Below are positions 42,814-55,443 of a DNA stretch of 64,000 nucleotides, in pieces. The notes beneath the pieces were generated by a model. That model saw only the letters and a list, made by a program, of their open reading frames with translations, had not been told where the DNA came from and did not search any database. The stretch comes from Eledone cirrhosa. Taxonomy: Eukaryota. The stretch spans positions 276,458,001 to 276,522,000 of the forward strand of contig OZ024741.1 of the NCBI GenBank assembly GCA_964016885.1. Direction: 5' to 3'. Position 1 is the stretch's first letter, and each line of letters starts with the position of its first letter. Made by a program: the position numbers and the translations under genes.

Positions 42814-44165
42814 ATACACAGACACCCATCAATATCTGAATTGTAAGTCGTGCCATCCACCTCATACAAAATGCAACATCCCATACTGCCTAGCCAGAAG
42901 AATTTGTACCATTGTAGAAGATACAAATACCAGGAACAAACGCCTAACAGAACTGAGAGAATTTTTGCTCAAACAAAAATACCCATCTCTACTTATAGAA
43001 AATGGCATACAGCGGGCTATAAAAATACCTATACAACAACTTAGGACAACCCAAGGAAGAAGAAACCAAGAACTGGTCATACCATTTATAATGACACCCA
43101 ACACATGTCACCAGAATATCTTCAACACTGCCAAAGCAAACCTACCGAGCTTTGATTCTTAGTAAAAGACAGCCGAAAAATTTGAAGCAATTACTAACAA
43201 AGGCAAAGTTTGACCTTAACAACAAAGACCAATCATTCACTGTATCTAAATGCAATGATAGTTGATGTGGCACATGTCAGTTCATACATACTGGTCTGAA
43301 CACAAAAACTGGAAAAATATTCCCAAATACAAATACGAACTGCAAAGGCAGAAATCTAATTTACTGCATTAAATGCCCGAATTGTGAAGAACTATATGTC
43401 GGTCAAACTGGAAATGCACTATTGGAACGTACACGGGTGCACCGACAGCAAATCAGAGACCCAAATGTCCGTCAGATACCCCTGAGTAACCATCTAGCAA
43501 CATGTGGTCAGAAAATATTTATAATATTTCCATTCTACAAACTACACAGCCCAAGTGAAATCAAGAGAAAAATTAAAGAAAAGAATTTTATTGATAAATT
43601 CCAACCCAAGCTAAATGAACAATAATAATGCTTAGGAGTATTACTCTTACTATGACTACGCCTACGACCATGTCTACCACCACTAACAACAAAACAACAA
43701 TAATAATAATAAAAGTGATGTTGATGATTACTGAAGATGTTTTATAAAAACCCTAGAAAATGCTATTTTCATCATTTCTAAAAATAGCAAAACAATTGAT
43801 GCTTTGGATAGGGTCAAATAGAAGTCGTTAGACATGCTCAACCAACCGTGACGCCTAAACCAATCAGCTTTAGTAATATAGTGAAACCATACACCGATTG
43901 GTTGAAATACAGTTTGCAAAACTTAGCATTCTGTAGCCCCTTTTTACTGTATATAAGGTACAGTTTTTAGCCATCTCATTACAGTTGAAAATTGCCAACT
44001 TGACTGTCACCACTGAATATGAACCTGAAGATTGCGAAAGCATGAAAGTACTTGTTCAATTAACATTTAATATTCTACCATACTATTTCATTATAATATC
44101 ATTATAATTTTAAAGGATTCTAAATAATACGAATAAATCAAAGTTGGAATTCCTTTTATTAATAT
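42814..44165 (+). mobile_element. PLE family 2 (Neptune-like Cys linker), 5'-truncated and decayed
   Basis: TDTHQYLNCKSCHPPHTKCNIPYCLARRI (RT thumb), SKCND..CGTC linker, NLIYCIKCPNCEELYVGQT...R..H (GIY-YIG), and a pLTR with HHR. Confidence 0.85.
44020..44058 (+). ncRNA. Minimal type I hammerhead ribozyme
   Basis: TGAAC-CTGAAGA-tTGC-GAAA-GCAt-GAAA-GTAC-TT-GTTCA, with a palindromic GTAC stem III loop typical of PLE HHRs. Confidence 0.82.
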
Positions 44166-44198
44166 AATCTTCTATACACAATCATACACACCCATGTA

Positions 44199-44247
<49 letters not shown>

Positions 44248-44249
44248 CC

Positions 44250-44662
44250 TAAGTACAAAGCGAAGCCTACAGTCAGTAGGCACCTCCTAACCAAACATAC
44301 ACCCCCATCCCACTACCTCTACCCCCCCCCCCCCCTACTCCACCCCCCACCCCCCATTTACACCATCCCTTTCAATGTAAAGTTATGTTGGTACCACAAC
44401 ATCCAGTCCTAAATAAATGAGGTCATGTAGGTGTCACGAAAAAGAAAAACACAGTCCACGCTGTAATGTGGCCGTGTAGGAACACGGTAAAAACCTCCCA
44501 GTCCACACTGTAAATGCGGTTGGTGTTAGGAAGGGCATCCAGCCATAGAAAACCCGCCAGACAGTCCTATATGAGCAAGACAACCAATCTTGCCTCACGT
44601 GGGACAATTCCCGCCTAAACCCATGCTAGTGTGGAAGATAGACGTTAAACGAGGATGATGAT
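44250..44662 (+). mobile_element. RTE 3' UTR fragment
   Basis: Homologous to the family A 3' UTR. Ends GACGTTAAACGAGGATGATGAT. Confidence 0.85.
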
Positions 44663-44663
44663 T

Positions 44664-44719
<56 letters not shown>

Positions 44720-45159
44720 GATATATGAGATATATAGATAAAGAGAGAGAAAGCTAGAAAGAATAGATGAATTAATTTTTAGCTGTAAATTTATAACTAA
44801 TTATAGCCACCACTTGCAATAGAGGATGAAGTGGTAGTATATTTTTTGCTTTTTTTTAAAAATTTGTTAAATGGTTTATGTTGCATGTGCAATTGCAATC
44901 AACCAGAGAGAAGCTCTCACCCACCTCCCATAATCCCATAGTGAAGCACCCAGGATGAGATAGCTGCAGTAAGAGATGGTTGCAGGCTGCACCAGCAATG
45001 TGCTGGTGCTTTTTTTAGTCAACCTTGAAAAATATAAAAGGCAAAATTGAGGTGGCCATGATCTGATCTCAGAGTTAGAGTGCTGGAACAAATATGGCCA
45101 CACATTCTATCTGAGGAGGTCTTAAACTCATTCAGCCCAATCAACTCTGCCTTGAAATA

Positions 45160-46325
45160 CTGGTTTCTGATTTAGCCATTAGGCTAAAAATTTGAAGGTA
45201 AGGGGAAAGTCAATTAAATCAACCCCAGTGCATTACTGATACTTTGTTTTATCAACTTTGTAAGGATGAAAGGCAAAACTAACATCAGCTGGATTTGGAC
45301 TTAAAATGTAAAGGGACATAATGCTATGCTGCAAAGTATGTTGTCCAACACTCTACCTATATTGCCAATCCACCACCCTTGAAATAATTATTTCTACTTT
45401 GGCCCAAGGCCAGCAATTACCCCAATGCATTACTGGTGTTTTATTTTATCGACTCTGTAAAGATGAAAGGCAAAGCTAACCTCAGCGGGATTTGAACTCA
45501 GAATGTAAAGGAACATAACTCTATGTTGCAAAGCATGGTGTCTGACGCTCTCCTGATACTCCCAATCCACTGCTCTTGAAATAATTGTTTCTAGTTTTGG
45601 CACAAGGCCAGCAATTACTCAGTGTATTACTGGTACTTTATTTTATCAACCCTATAAGGATGAAAGGCAAAGTTAACCTCGGCGGGATTTGAACTCAGAA
45701 TGGCAAGGGCCGTAACTCTATACGTCAAAGCATGGCGTCCGACCCTCTACCGTTACTGCCAATCCAATAATGCAGGAAAATATGTATTGAAAAAAAACAA
45801 ACTCAAACTAATAAATTTAGAGATATTTTTAATCAGGTATCACCTTACAATATTTACAGCCTTATCATAATATTTTTATGACCAACAGATAATACTATAA
45901 TTATAAGGCTTGTAAAGTTACTATTGAATGCATCAGCATTCAATAGTGACTTTAATAGCCTCATAATAGGTGATGGATTGGCAGTATCAGCAGAGTGTCG
46001 GACATGCTTTGCAGCATAGAGTGACTTCCCTTTATTTTCTGAGTTTGAATCCAACCAAGGTTAGCTTTCCTTTCTCCTTACAGAGTTGATAAACTAAAGT
46101 AGCAGTAACATACCTGGGTCAATTTAATTGATTTTCCCCTTCCCCAAAATTATTGACATTATATCTAAATCAGAAACCACCAAATCCAGCCAAGGTTAAC
46201 TTTGCCTTTCATCCTTATGGGGTCAATAAAATAAAGTACCAGTCACGCACTGGGGTTGATTTAATTGACTTTCCCCTCCTCCCAAATTGCTGGCCTTGTG
46301 CCTATATAAGAAACCATTATTATTA
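45160..46325. mobile_element. Cluster of tRNA-derived SINEs (three tandem on -, two on +)
   Basis: B-box GAGTTCAAATCCC followed by AGGTTAACTTTGCCTTTCATCC...GATAAAATAAAGTACCAG. The same family occurs at ~29495, 31180-31510, 31990-32180, 33700, 56125, 57170-57880, 61495 and 63495. Confidence 0.8.
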
Positions 46326-47389
46326 TTATTATGGATTTAGGCTGAATGAGTTAAAACAGCAGATGGAATGTGTGGCCATATTTGTTCTGGCTCTCTCCAC
46401 TCTAAGATTAAAACATGACCAGGTCAACTTTGCCTTTCTCTGTGAGCCATTGAAAATCCAGCCAGTTTTTGTCAAGGGTTTACAAGCTAACACTGTCATG
46501 ATTTTATTTGTTAGGATAGTGTAAGGATTGCCTGATGCTTCCGTTTCACAAATTCCATTGTTACACAGGCACCCAGAACACTGTGAAAAGTGTTTGCCAT
46601 TAAGAAGGGCATCTAGCTTTAGAAATTGTGCCAAAATGATATGGAACTTATGAACAACTTGTGGTCCTTCGACTGGCCTAGCTGTCGGACTGTGACAATC
46701 TGTCTAACTTATGGCAGCACAGAAAGTGATTCACAGCACAGAAAGTGATTCACAGCACTGTATTGTGATGGAAATGGAGTCACACTAGATTTCCTCCTCC
46801 TTATCCTCATCATCCGTTTATTTCTCCATGCTATCATGGGTTGAATAGGTTATTACATACCAAGGCAGTATAATTTGAGCTGCTATCCTCTTCTTAATCA
46901 GGCCAGGGACCACATCTCGTTTATATGTGCTTCAGTTATGGCATGATTTCTGCAGTTGGATGCCCTTCTTAGCGCCAACCACGTTACAGAGTATACTGGG
47001 TCTATCTTATTATGGGACCGGCATAAATTGTCATTTTCAGGGGTAAACTTCACAACATCATAATTGAAGTAGCTGGCTACATTAAACAGGGGAAAACTGG
47101 GGAAAGCTGGTGGGATCACTCTTCTTAAGATTTTGTATTTTTTTCTCAACCATTGCAACACTTAGTACTTTATTTACTGAAACATCAACATTTGTTCATC
47201 CTTTTGTTATCAACCTGGTCAGAAGGTCATGTATGAAACAAAACCATTATAAAAAGTTCCTAGCTTAGTCATAAAATATTGTATTTCATTAGAAATATGT
47301 TTCCAAAAGAGTTCAATGACCAGCCCACAGCATTACTGGGCTGGTGTCCAATAGGATCTGAGACAATTAACTATTTTGATACCAACCCT

Positions 47390-47860
47390 AGGTGTAAAAG
47401 CCAAACTCACTATCTTGAATTCGGTAATTGTGCCAACCCTTGTCTATGGTCATGAATCTTGGGTAATGACCAAAAGAATATGATCATGAATACAAGCGGC
47501 CAGAATGAAGGGTCTTTGGAATAACACTACTCAATAGAAGATGTAGCTCATAGATCAGAGAGTCACTCCAGATAGAGCCAATACTTCTCCGAATTGAGAG
47601 ATCATAGCTCCGATATTAGAGACGTGGTTAGAATGTCTCAGGAAAGAATCACTGGACAGATTTTTCTGGCAAAACCAACTGGCAGGAGAACCATGAGTAG
47701 ACTCTGAACAAGATGGATAACATTCTGGAACTCGTTTGAGGATCCAGCTGGACCATTTGGAGACAGTTTTTTCTAACAGGACCCATTGGAAGTTGTATTT
47801 GAGGACTCTGCCCCCACGATCATCCCAGGAATAAATGGGCAAAGAAGACAAAGATGATAA
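47390..47860 (+). pseudogene. Old RTE (Rex3/Expander-like) RT C-terminal relic
   Basis: Decayed translation AKLTILNSVIVPTLVYGHESWVMTKRI...IQAA. Confidence 0.6.
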
Positions 47861-48727
47861 CAACCTGGTTAAAATCCATTTTGGTTTTCTGAAACAAAAG
47901 CACCTATTTTAAAGGGTTCCTGTTTAGATTTAAATTTATTAACATAATTTTATATAAGAACCATACGTTAAGTAATTATCTTAGTAATTGATCAATCGAT
48001 CAACAAAATCTCAGACCTCACTTACTTACCAAGTGGAGTGGAACTCATCATATCAGACCAAGGAGACAATGTTTCCATTGGTCTTTCCATTGCTGATACT
48101 ATTTATCGATTACAACTCCTTAGTACATCCCTCAAAATTTTCACTTAATTAATTGAAATAGAGTGTATTTTATTGAATATCCATCCACATAAGAATTAAG
48201 GCTCTGTTAAGGACATGTGTACTGTCAACACATGGAGTTGTTTCCTTTAATTCCATTAAATCCAGCATCTTCTCTTTCACAGTTACATCAGAGGAAACAT
48301 AGTAAACAAATACTGCCAGTTGTAGGTTGTCTTATATGTCTATAGATTCACCATCAGCTAAGCTGGATGCAAGAAAATCCATTAATTCATTTTCCATTTT
48401 GCATTTTTGCCCGCAACATTAGCACTGATCTGGGGAGATAGTTCTCTCTGTAGAGCGGAAGGAAACTGGTGTTTTGTGCTCTTATTTTGTGTTTTATTTT
48501 TGTTGTTGCTCTTTTTTATTTAATGCTGCAACAACTTCAGCTATATTCCTAAAAAGATATTCACCATCAGAAATATGAGTGTTTATAACAGAAGAATATT
48601 ACATGTCATATTTTATGACACAATAAAGTAGCTTCAATTGCTGTAACCAGCTTTCTTGTTGAACATTGTTCTAACAGTGTCTGTTGGTAATTTAGCGGCC
48701 ATTTTAACACGGTTAACTTATTCATCC

Positions 48728-49123
48728 TTAATCCTTTCATTGTTATATTTCTAATGAAGGACACATTGCCTATAATTTACAAATCTCTTTGAAAATAAGT
48801 ATTTAGGCATAACTAATTTTCTCATTTTAAAGTTGGTGTTTGGAACATAACTTAAAAGTTCTTAGATAAAATTGTGAAGGAAGGTTTTTAGATAGCCCTT
48901 TTCTCATAATTCTAATGAAAGATTTTCAAATAATTTTGAAAATAATCAGGAATTTAGAAATATAACTTTCTCATTATTAAGGTATCATTTGTAACATAAC
49001 TTAACAAAAGTTCTTTTATAAAATTATGATGGAAGATTTTTAATTAATTATAAATACTTTAAAATTAACAGTTTATGTTGTAGAACTCAGTGGTTTCAGG
49101 CAGGTTTGTTTTATAAGGGTTAA
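48728..49123. mobile_element. AT-rich piggyBac-like MITE relic (related copies at ~31550, 39170-39531, 47860-48200, 49770-49993)
   Basis: TTAA-(T/C)CCTT... and ...AAGGG-TTAA ends, with internal sequence shared among copies. Confidence 0.45.
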
Positions 49124-49202
49124 TTCTGATTTAGGCAATCACAGGAAAAATATTAGTGATTTGCTTCATATTAGTGATGTGTTTCAAGTTAATCTAAAAA
49201 TC

Positions 49203-49490
49203 TAAAGTCTGTCTTGAGCCCAGAGGCTCATCAGGCTGGTGCTTATTCTGATTTCCATGGCGTTAAGCGACTAAGAGTACAAATCTCCTTCCCCTTAGAC
49301 TGGACGCCAATCCACTGCAGGATTAAACCCCCAGGTATTGCTGGTACTCATTGTCAGGTGAGTATACTAGAGCAATGTAAAATGAAGTGTTTTATTCGAG
49401 AACACAACACTCAAACCAATCCTGGAATTGAACCCACAACATTATGATCATAAGTGACCATCCTTTACAACTAGGTCACAAACCTCCAAG
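49203..49490 (-). mobile_element. tRNA-SINE of a second family with a CORE-like central domain
   Basis: Minus strand: GGGTTCAATTCC B-box, TGTGTTCTCGAATAAAACACTT, and tail ...GCCTGATGAGCC...CAGACTTTA. Confidence 0.6.
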
Positions 49491-50119
49491 TTACGCTTAT
49501 AATGAGACACAAAGACTTACCTTCTTTATCTCTTAGCATCCTGTCTTACATGAGACTGCAAGGCCAAGACATTCAGAATAGGACAACTATTAAAAATTCA
49601 TTTCTTCAGATTACTCTAAAATTTCAAATATTAAAAATTAATCTAAAAATTAATATCTTTAGATTACTGTAAATTTTCACAACAATCTATATATTCACTT
49701 TATGTAAAGATACCATAAACATTTGAAATAATGAATTACTTTTTTGCTGTTAAATCATCACTCTCTTAATACCAACCTGGTCAAAACTGGCTCTGGTTCT
49801 CCAAAATAGAACTTAGCAATTTTAAAGGTTTCTGATTTAAATTAAAATATTCCAACATAATTTTAAATAAGAGCCATCCGTTAATTTACTATCTTAGTAA
49901 TAAAGTATTTAATAATCTTAGTAAATCCCTCTCTATATTTCATTAATTAATTGAAATAGTGTGTATTTAAAAATACTGTCACAAAAGGGTTAAGTGTTAA
50001 TGCAACTTAAGAAAAGAATGACTGTATACCTTAAACATTAAAGTTTTATTCTAATATTGCAAATTTCCACTACAATCTGTCTACAAGTAAAGGTACTATG
50101 AACATTTGAATTAACAAAC

Positions 50120-50405
50120 CCATTCACATGTCCATACCAACGCAGTCTTCTCTCTTGCACACTACATCCAATTCCTCTTATGCCAAGTTTTTCTCTCAGT
50201 TTGCTTATGCTATGTCACTCATGCACACTAACATTACACATCCATTGGAGCTTTCTTTCTAGTCTCTGCAGGTCTTCTGCAGCCAAGGCCCATGTTTCAT
50301 TGCGATGTAGCATTGTAGATTGTATACAGGCATCATAGTCGACTCTTCACTCTGAGAGAAAAGCATTTTGTTATTAGCAGTGGTAATAGATCTCTATATT
50401 TATAT

Positions 50406-50461
<56 letters not shown>

Positions 50462-50715
50462 TCATCATCATCTTACATCCATTTTTACACACAAGCATGG
50501 GTTAGACGAGTTGTTCTGTTGTGGGCAATGCTAGGTCAAGTGACCATTTTTGCTCATACAGAACTGATTTTGGGTTGGTTTCTACACTGGACGCCAACCT
50601 CATTTACAGTGAGTACTGGGTGCTTTTTGTTGTGACACCTACACGACCACTTTACAGTGTGGGCTGGGCACTTTTTACTGTGTCACCATTACAACCACTT
50701 TACAGTATGGGTTGG
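50120..50715 (-). mobile_element. Decayed RTE RT fragment and separate 3' tail
   Basis: CACATGTCCATACCAACGCAG (LRWYGHV antisense), plus (CAT)n and 3' UTR motifs from 50462. Confidence 0.75.
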
Positions 50716-50805
50716 CGTCTTCACTGGATGTATACTTCGGCCTAAAATTCAGCTTCGGCATAGCTGTATGCATATATGCATGTGAATTTAGTATATCTAA
50801 AGATA

Positions 50806-52082
50806 TCTGAAAATATTGAAGAGATAAGACACTTTCCCATTCTTCTCTGCTAAAATGTATCACTAGAGTTGATTCCAATTTTTCCAGCCATCCATCTAAT
50901 CTACGAAGGTATTTTAGCCTACATATTGTCGTTAATATTATGATGTTCCCTGCTGTATTAGCGTTAAATTTTCCCTGCTGTATTAGCGATAAATTTTCGA
51001 GGGTTTCTCTTAGTAGTTTTTCATGACGTTATTATTGTTAATTTTACTGATGTAGTATTAGCGTTAAATTTTCCCTGCTGTATTAGCGATAAATTTTCGA
51101 GGGTTTCTCTTGGTAGTTTTTCATGACGTTATTATTGTTAATTTTACTGATGTAGTATTAACTTGGATATTTACCATGCGGTATTCTAATCCTATTGTAT
51201 CTCTCTCGGTTATTTACCATGCGACCCTCAGTTCCTACCCCCCCCCCCTCTCTATGCACTTCTTTAAGGCTTACTACCCTGTCTTTAACCTAATTCATTC
51301 AATCTGAAAATATTGAAGAGATAAGACACTTTCCCATTCTTCTCTGCTAAAATGTATCACTAGAGTTGATTCCAATTTTTCCAGCCATCCATCTAATCTA
51401 CGAAGGTATTTTAGCCTACATATTGTCGTTAATATTATGATGTTCCCTGCTGTATTAGCGTTAAATTTTCCCTGCTGTATTAGCGATAAATTTTCGAGGG
51501 TTTCTCTTAGTAGTTTTTCATGACGTTATTATTGTTAATTTTACTGATGTAGTATTAGCGTTAAATTTTCCCTGCCGTATTAGCGATAAATTTTCGAGGG
51601 TTTCTCTTAGTAGTTTTTCATGACGTTATTGTTAATTTTACTGATGTAGTATTAACTTGGATATTTACCATGCGGTATTCTAATCCTATTGTATCTCTCT
51701 CAGTTATTTACCATGCGACCCTCAGTTCCTACCCCCCCTCTCTATGCACTTCTTTAAGGCTTACTACCCTGTCTTTAACCTAATTCATTCAATCTGAAAA
51801 TATTGAAGAGATAAGACACTTTCCCATTCTTCTCTGCTAAAATGTATCACTAGAGTTGATTCCAATTTTTCCAGCCATCCATCTAATCTACGAAGGTATT
51901 TTAGCCTACATATTGTCGTTAATATTATGATGTTCCCTGCTGTATTAGCGTTAAATTTTCCCTGCTGTATTAGCGATAAATTTTCGAGGGTTTCTCTTAG
52001 TAGTTTTTCATGACGTTATTATTGTTAATTTTACTGATGTAGTATTAACTTGGATATTTACCATGCGACCCTCAGTTCCTAC
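50806..52082 (+). repeat. ~490-bp tandem monomers (2 full, 1 partial) upstream of the family B ORF
   Basis: TCTGAAAATATTGAAGAGATAAGACAC at 50806, 51303 and 51793. Near-identical units, with an internal ~85-bp duplication in the two full units. Confidence 0.92.
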
Positions 52083-52323
52083 CTCACAATTTCCCTCCCC
52101 CCCACCCCCACACACCACCATAGTCTATTCGACCAATCAAACCTAGCATGCCATTTCCACTGCTGCTGCTACTACCTGCTTAACTAACTCTCTCCTCCTC
52201 TGGCGCATCCCAACACACCCTGCCATTACCCCACCACCACTGTTCTTCTAGCCCTCAATTTTCCCACCGTTATGGATGGATGAGCTGGGAATACACGAGC
52301 AACTCTGAATCAATAGATGAAAT

Positions 52324-55300
52324 ATGAATCTGCGAGCTACCAAGCACCCACGTGAAGCGCCAACCCAGAGACCCTCCCCTACGAGTGTCGACAAATGCCC
52401 AAAACTCCGAGTTGGTACCATCAATGTAGGCTCAATGAAAGGAAGAGCAGGAGAAATCGTAGAAATGCTAGAGCGAAAGGAAGTTGATGTATGCTGTGTG
52501 CAAGAGACTAGATGGAGAGGAGGGTCTGCTAGAGTCCTTGTAGGAAAAAGCCAGTGCTACAAATTTTTCTGGGTGGGAAATGACGATGGGATGGGTGGTG
52601 TAGGTATACTATTAGCTGACAAGTGGGTAGATAAAGTAATCTCAGTGTACAGGGTAAATGCAAGAATCATTAAACTCAGACTAGTCCTGAATAAGACAAT
52701 TACCACAATAATATCAGCTTACGCACCCCAATCGGGGCTGCCAGACGAACTTAAGGATAGGTTTTACGAGTCCCTAATACACACTACTGCTCTAACAGAC
52801 GACAAGGACTTCCTAATCATTGCAGGAGATTTTAACGGACACGTAGGTAAACACTGCGACGGCTTCAATAGAGTACATGGAGGCCATGGAGTTGGCACAA
52901 GGAATGAGGAAGGATTCAGACTTCTAGAATTCTGCGACGCCAATGACATGTCGATATGTAACACAAACTTTAAAAAACCCGACAACCACCTGATCACCTA
53001 TAGATCAGGGGAGCACTCTAGTCAGTTAGATTTTATCCTCATCAGAGGACGTGACAGATGGACGGTCTTAAACACAAAAGCCTTCCCTAGTGAGGAATGT
53101 ACATCCCAACATAGCTTAGTTGTCAGCGACCTCACGGTCAGAACTAGACGAGCCCTGAAACAGAGGCCAACCTGGAGAAGAAAGATCTGGAAGCTGAAAG
53201 TCCCCTCAACCAGTAACAGATTTAAAGATATTTTACTCAACGCCTACGACAGTAAAGAAGAACAGATAGAGACATTTAACGTAGAAGAGAACTGGGAGTT
53301 CCTAAAAAATAACTTACTAGAAGCGACGGATGAGGTTTGTGGCTGGAGTAAGACCTCAAGCAGGAGGAGAGTGACTTGGTGGTGGAACAATAAGGTAGAT
53401 GAAGCAGTCAAGGCCAAGAGACAGGCATGGAAAGAATGGAAGAACGGGGGGAGCAGGGTACATTACATAGAGACCAAGAGGGAAGCTAGGCGACAAGTAT
53501 ACTTAGCTAGGAGGGAAGCAGAGGATAGAAAATTCAAGCATGTTTTACAACGTGAGGACCAGAAACAGGAGGTATTCAAGATTGCGAGGCAGTGTGTCAG
53601 AGATAGTTGTGATGTCATTGGAGAGAAGTGTATCCGGAATGATAAAGGTGAGCTTGCCCTCACAAGTGCTGAGAAGAAAGATGCATGGAAGAGTCATTAT
53701 GATAGATTACTAAATGAGGAGAATGCATGGGAAGAAGAGACCCTACCCCACGTAGACCCTATAGAGGGACCAGCAGTACAAGTCAGCGGCAGCGTAGTAA
53801 GTAAGGCAATCAGAGATATGAAGATAGGGAAGGCAACCGGTCCATCGGGTATAGCTGCCGAGATGCTGAAGGCATCTGGGTCTGTAGGTCACACTATAAC
53901 CACACGTATCGTTAACCAGGTAATACTAGAGGGGGCCATACCAAAAGATTGGTGCAGTAGCATCATTGTCAACTGCTACAAAGGTAAAGGCGATGCACTA
54001 GATAGAGGAAACTATAGAGGTATAAAGTTGATGGACCAGGTCATGAAAGTAACAGAAAGAGTTATAGCACAGCTGATTAGGGACCGGGTGAATATAGACG
54101 AGATGCAATTTGGGTTTGTACCAGGGAAAGGCACCACTGATGCCCTCTTCCTTGTGAGGCAATTACAGGAAAAGTACCTAGCTAAAAGTAAGCCACTCTA
54201 CTTGGCATTTGTCGACCTTGAGAAAGCCTTTGACAGAGTTCCACGTGCAGTAATCTGGTGGGCTCTTAGAAAACTAGGAGTAGATGAATGGCTTGTGAAA
54301 GCGGTACAAGCCATGTATAGGGGAGCAGTCAGCAAAGTTAGGATTGGCAATGAGTATAGCGAGGAATTTAGCGTACAGGTTGGGGTCCACCAGGGCTCTG
54401 TTCTTAGCCCTCTCCTGTTCATCATAGTCCTGCAGGCAATAACGGAGGAGTTTAAGACCGGATGCCCATGGGAACTCCTGTATGCTGATGACCTCGCACT
54501 CATAGCTGAATCTATGGTAGAACTAGAGAATAAATTCCAAACCTGGAAGCAGGGACTAGAGAGAAAGGGCCTCAAAGTCAACATGACAAAGACTAAGGTC
54601 CTTATAAGTAGACGAGAAAACAGAACCCAGATCCCCTCAGGGAAATGGCCTTGCTCAGTATGTAGGAAAGGTGTAGGTAGGAACTCCATTCTCTGCCCCA
54701 AATGCAAACAATGGGTACACAAGAGATGTATTGGGATCTCAGGAAGCTTAATTAAGAATGTAGGATTCACATGCAGCAGCTGTGCTGAAACAGCAAGCAA
54801 ACAGCCACAGGAAACAAGTACCACCAATCTCTGGGAGGGCCCTGTAGAAACAGTAGACATCTTCTGCTACCTAGGTGACCGAATTAGCAACGGAGGTGGG
54901 TGCTCAGAAAGTACAATAACTAGGGTAAGAACGGGATGGAAGAAGTTTAGGGAACTACTACCACTGCTAGCTGCAAAAGGCTTCTCCCTCAGAATGAAAG
55001 GCAGACTGTATGATGCGTGTATCCGAACAGCGATGTTGCATGGTAGTGAGACCTGGGCGCTGAAGGTGGAAGACTTACGTAGATTAGAGAGAAACGAAGC
55101 CTGCATGCTCCGATGGATGTGTAACAGTAATATACGTGAACGACAAAGCATAAAGGAATTGAGAGAGAGACTGAGCATAAGAGGAATCAAATGCTGCGTG
55201 CAGGAGAGGCGGTTACGCTGGTATGGACATGTGATGCGTATGAAGGATGACAGCTGCATAAAAAGGTGCAGAGCACTAGAAGTTGATGGAAACCGCGGAG

Positions 55301-55443
55301 TGGGGAGACCCAAGATGACTTGGGATGAGGTGATAAAAGCCGACCTTACCCAACTACACCTCTCAAAGTCAATGACACACGACCGTGACTTCTGGCGTCA
55401 CGCAGTAATACAGGGTACCCGACCTCCCATGGGTACATGCTGA
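52324..55443 (+). CDS. RTE LINE ORF: APE endonuclease plus RT with PHD-like insert (1039 aa, uninterrupted)
   Basis: GTINV, QETRW, GDFNGH, QLDFIL, SQH; DLEKAFD, QGSVLSP, YADD, CYLG, RLRWYGH, GRPKMTW. Confidence 0.96.
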   Translation: MNLRATKHPREAPTQRPSPTSVDKCPKLRVGTINVGSMKGRAGEIVEMLERKEVDVCCVQETRWRGGSARVLVGKSQCYKFFWVGNDDGMGGVGILLADKWVDKVISVYRVNARIIKLRLVLNKTITTIISAYAPQSGLPDELKDRFYESLIHTTALTDDKDFLIIAGDFNGHVGKHCDGFNRVHGGHGVGTRNEEGFRLLEFCDANDMSICNTNFKKPDNHLITYRSGEHSSQLDFILIRGRDRWTVLNTKAFPSEECTSQHSLVVSDLTVRTRRALKQRPTWRRKIWKLKVPSTSNRFKDILLNAYDSKEEQIETFNVEENWEFLKNNLLEATDEVCGWSKTSSRRRVTWWWNNKVDEAVKAKRQAWKEWKNGGSRVHYIETKREARRQVYLARREAEDRKFKHVLQREDQKQEVFKIARQCVRDSCDVIGEKCIRNDKGELALTSAEKKDAWKSHYDRLLNEENAWEEETLPHVDPIEGPAVQVSGSVVSKAIRDMKIGKATGPSGIAAEMLKASGSVGHTITTRIVNQVILEGAIPKDWCSSIIVNCYKGKGDALDRGNYRGIKLMDQVMKVTERVIAQLIRDRVNIDEMQFGFVPGKGTTDALFLVRQLQEKYLAKSKPLYLAFVDLEKAFDRVPRAVIWWALRKLGVDEWLVKAVQAMYRGAVSKVRIGNEYSEEFSVQVGVHQGSVLSPLLFIIVLQAITEEFKTGCPWELLYADDLALIAESMVELENKFQTWKQGLERKGLKVNMTKTKVLISRRENRTQIPSGKWPCSVCRKGVGRNSILCPKCKQWVHKRCIGISGSLIKNVGFTCSSCAETASKQPQETSTTNLWEGPVETVDIFCYLGDRISNGGGCSESTITRVRTGWKKFRELLPLLAAKGFSLRMKGRLYDACIRTAMLHGSETWALKVEDLRRLERNEACMLRWMCNSNIRERQSIKELRERLSIRGIKCCVQERRLRWYGHVMRMKDDSCIKRCRALEVDGNRGVGRPKMTWDEVIKADLTQLHLSKSMTHDRDFWRHAVIQGTRPPMGTC

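Noticed and set aside
41370-42926. 518-aa ORF as a novel RT with a unique N-terminus
   Set aside because: The first ~38 aa are the antisense of the adjacent PLE, a chance in-frame fusion.
45160-46325. tRNA genes
   Set aside because: Only A/B-box-like SINE heads are present and no cloverleaf can be formed.
49521-49555. Possible 35-nt minus-strand exon (TTGCAG|...ATGCTAAGAGATAAAGAAG|GTAAGT)
   Set aside because: The splice-like signals are good, but there is no partner exon or homology. It needs RNA-seq.
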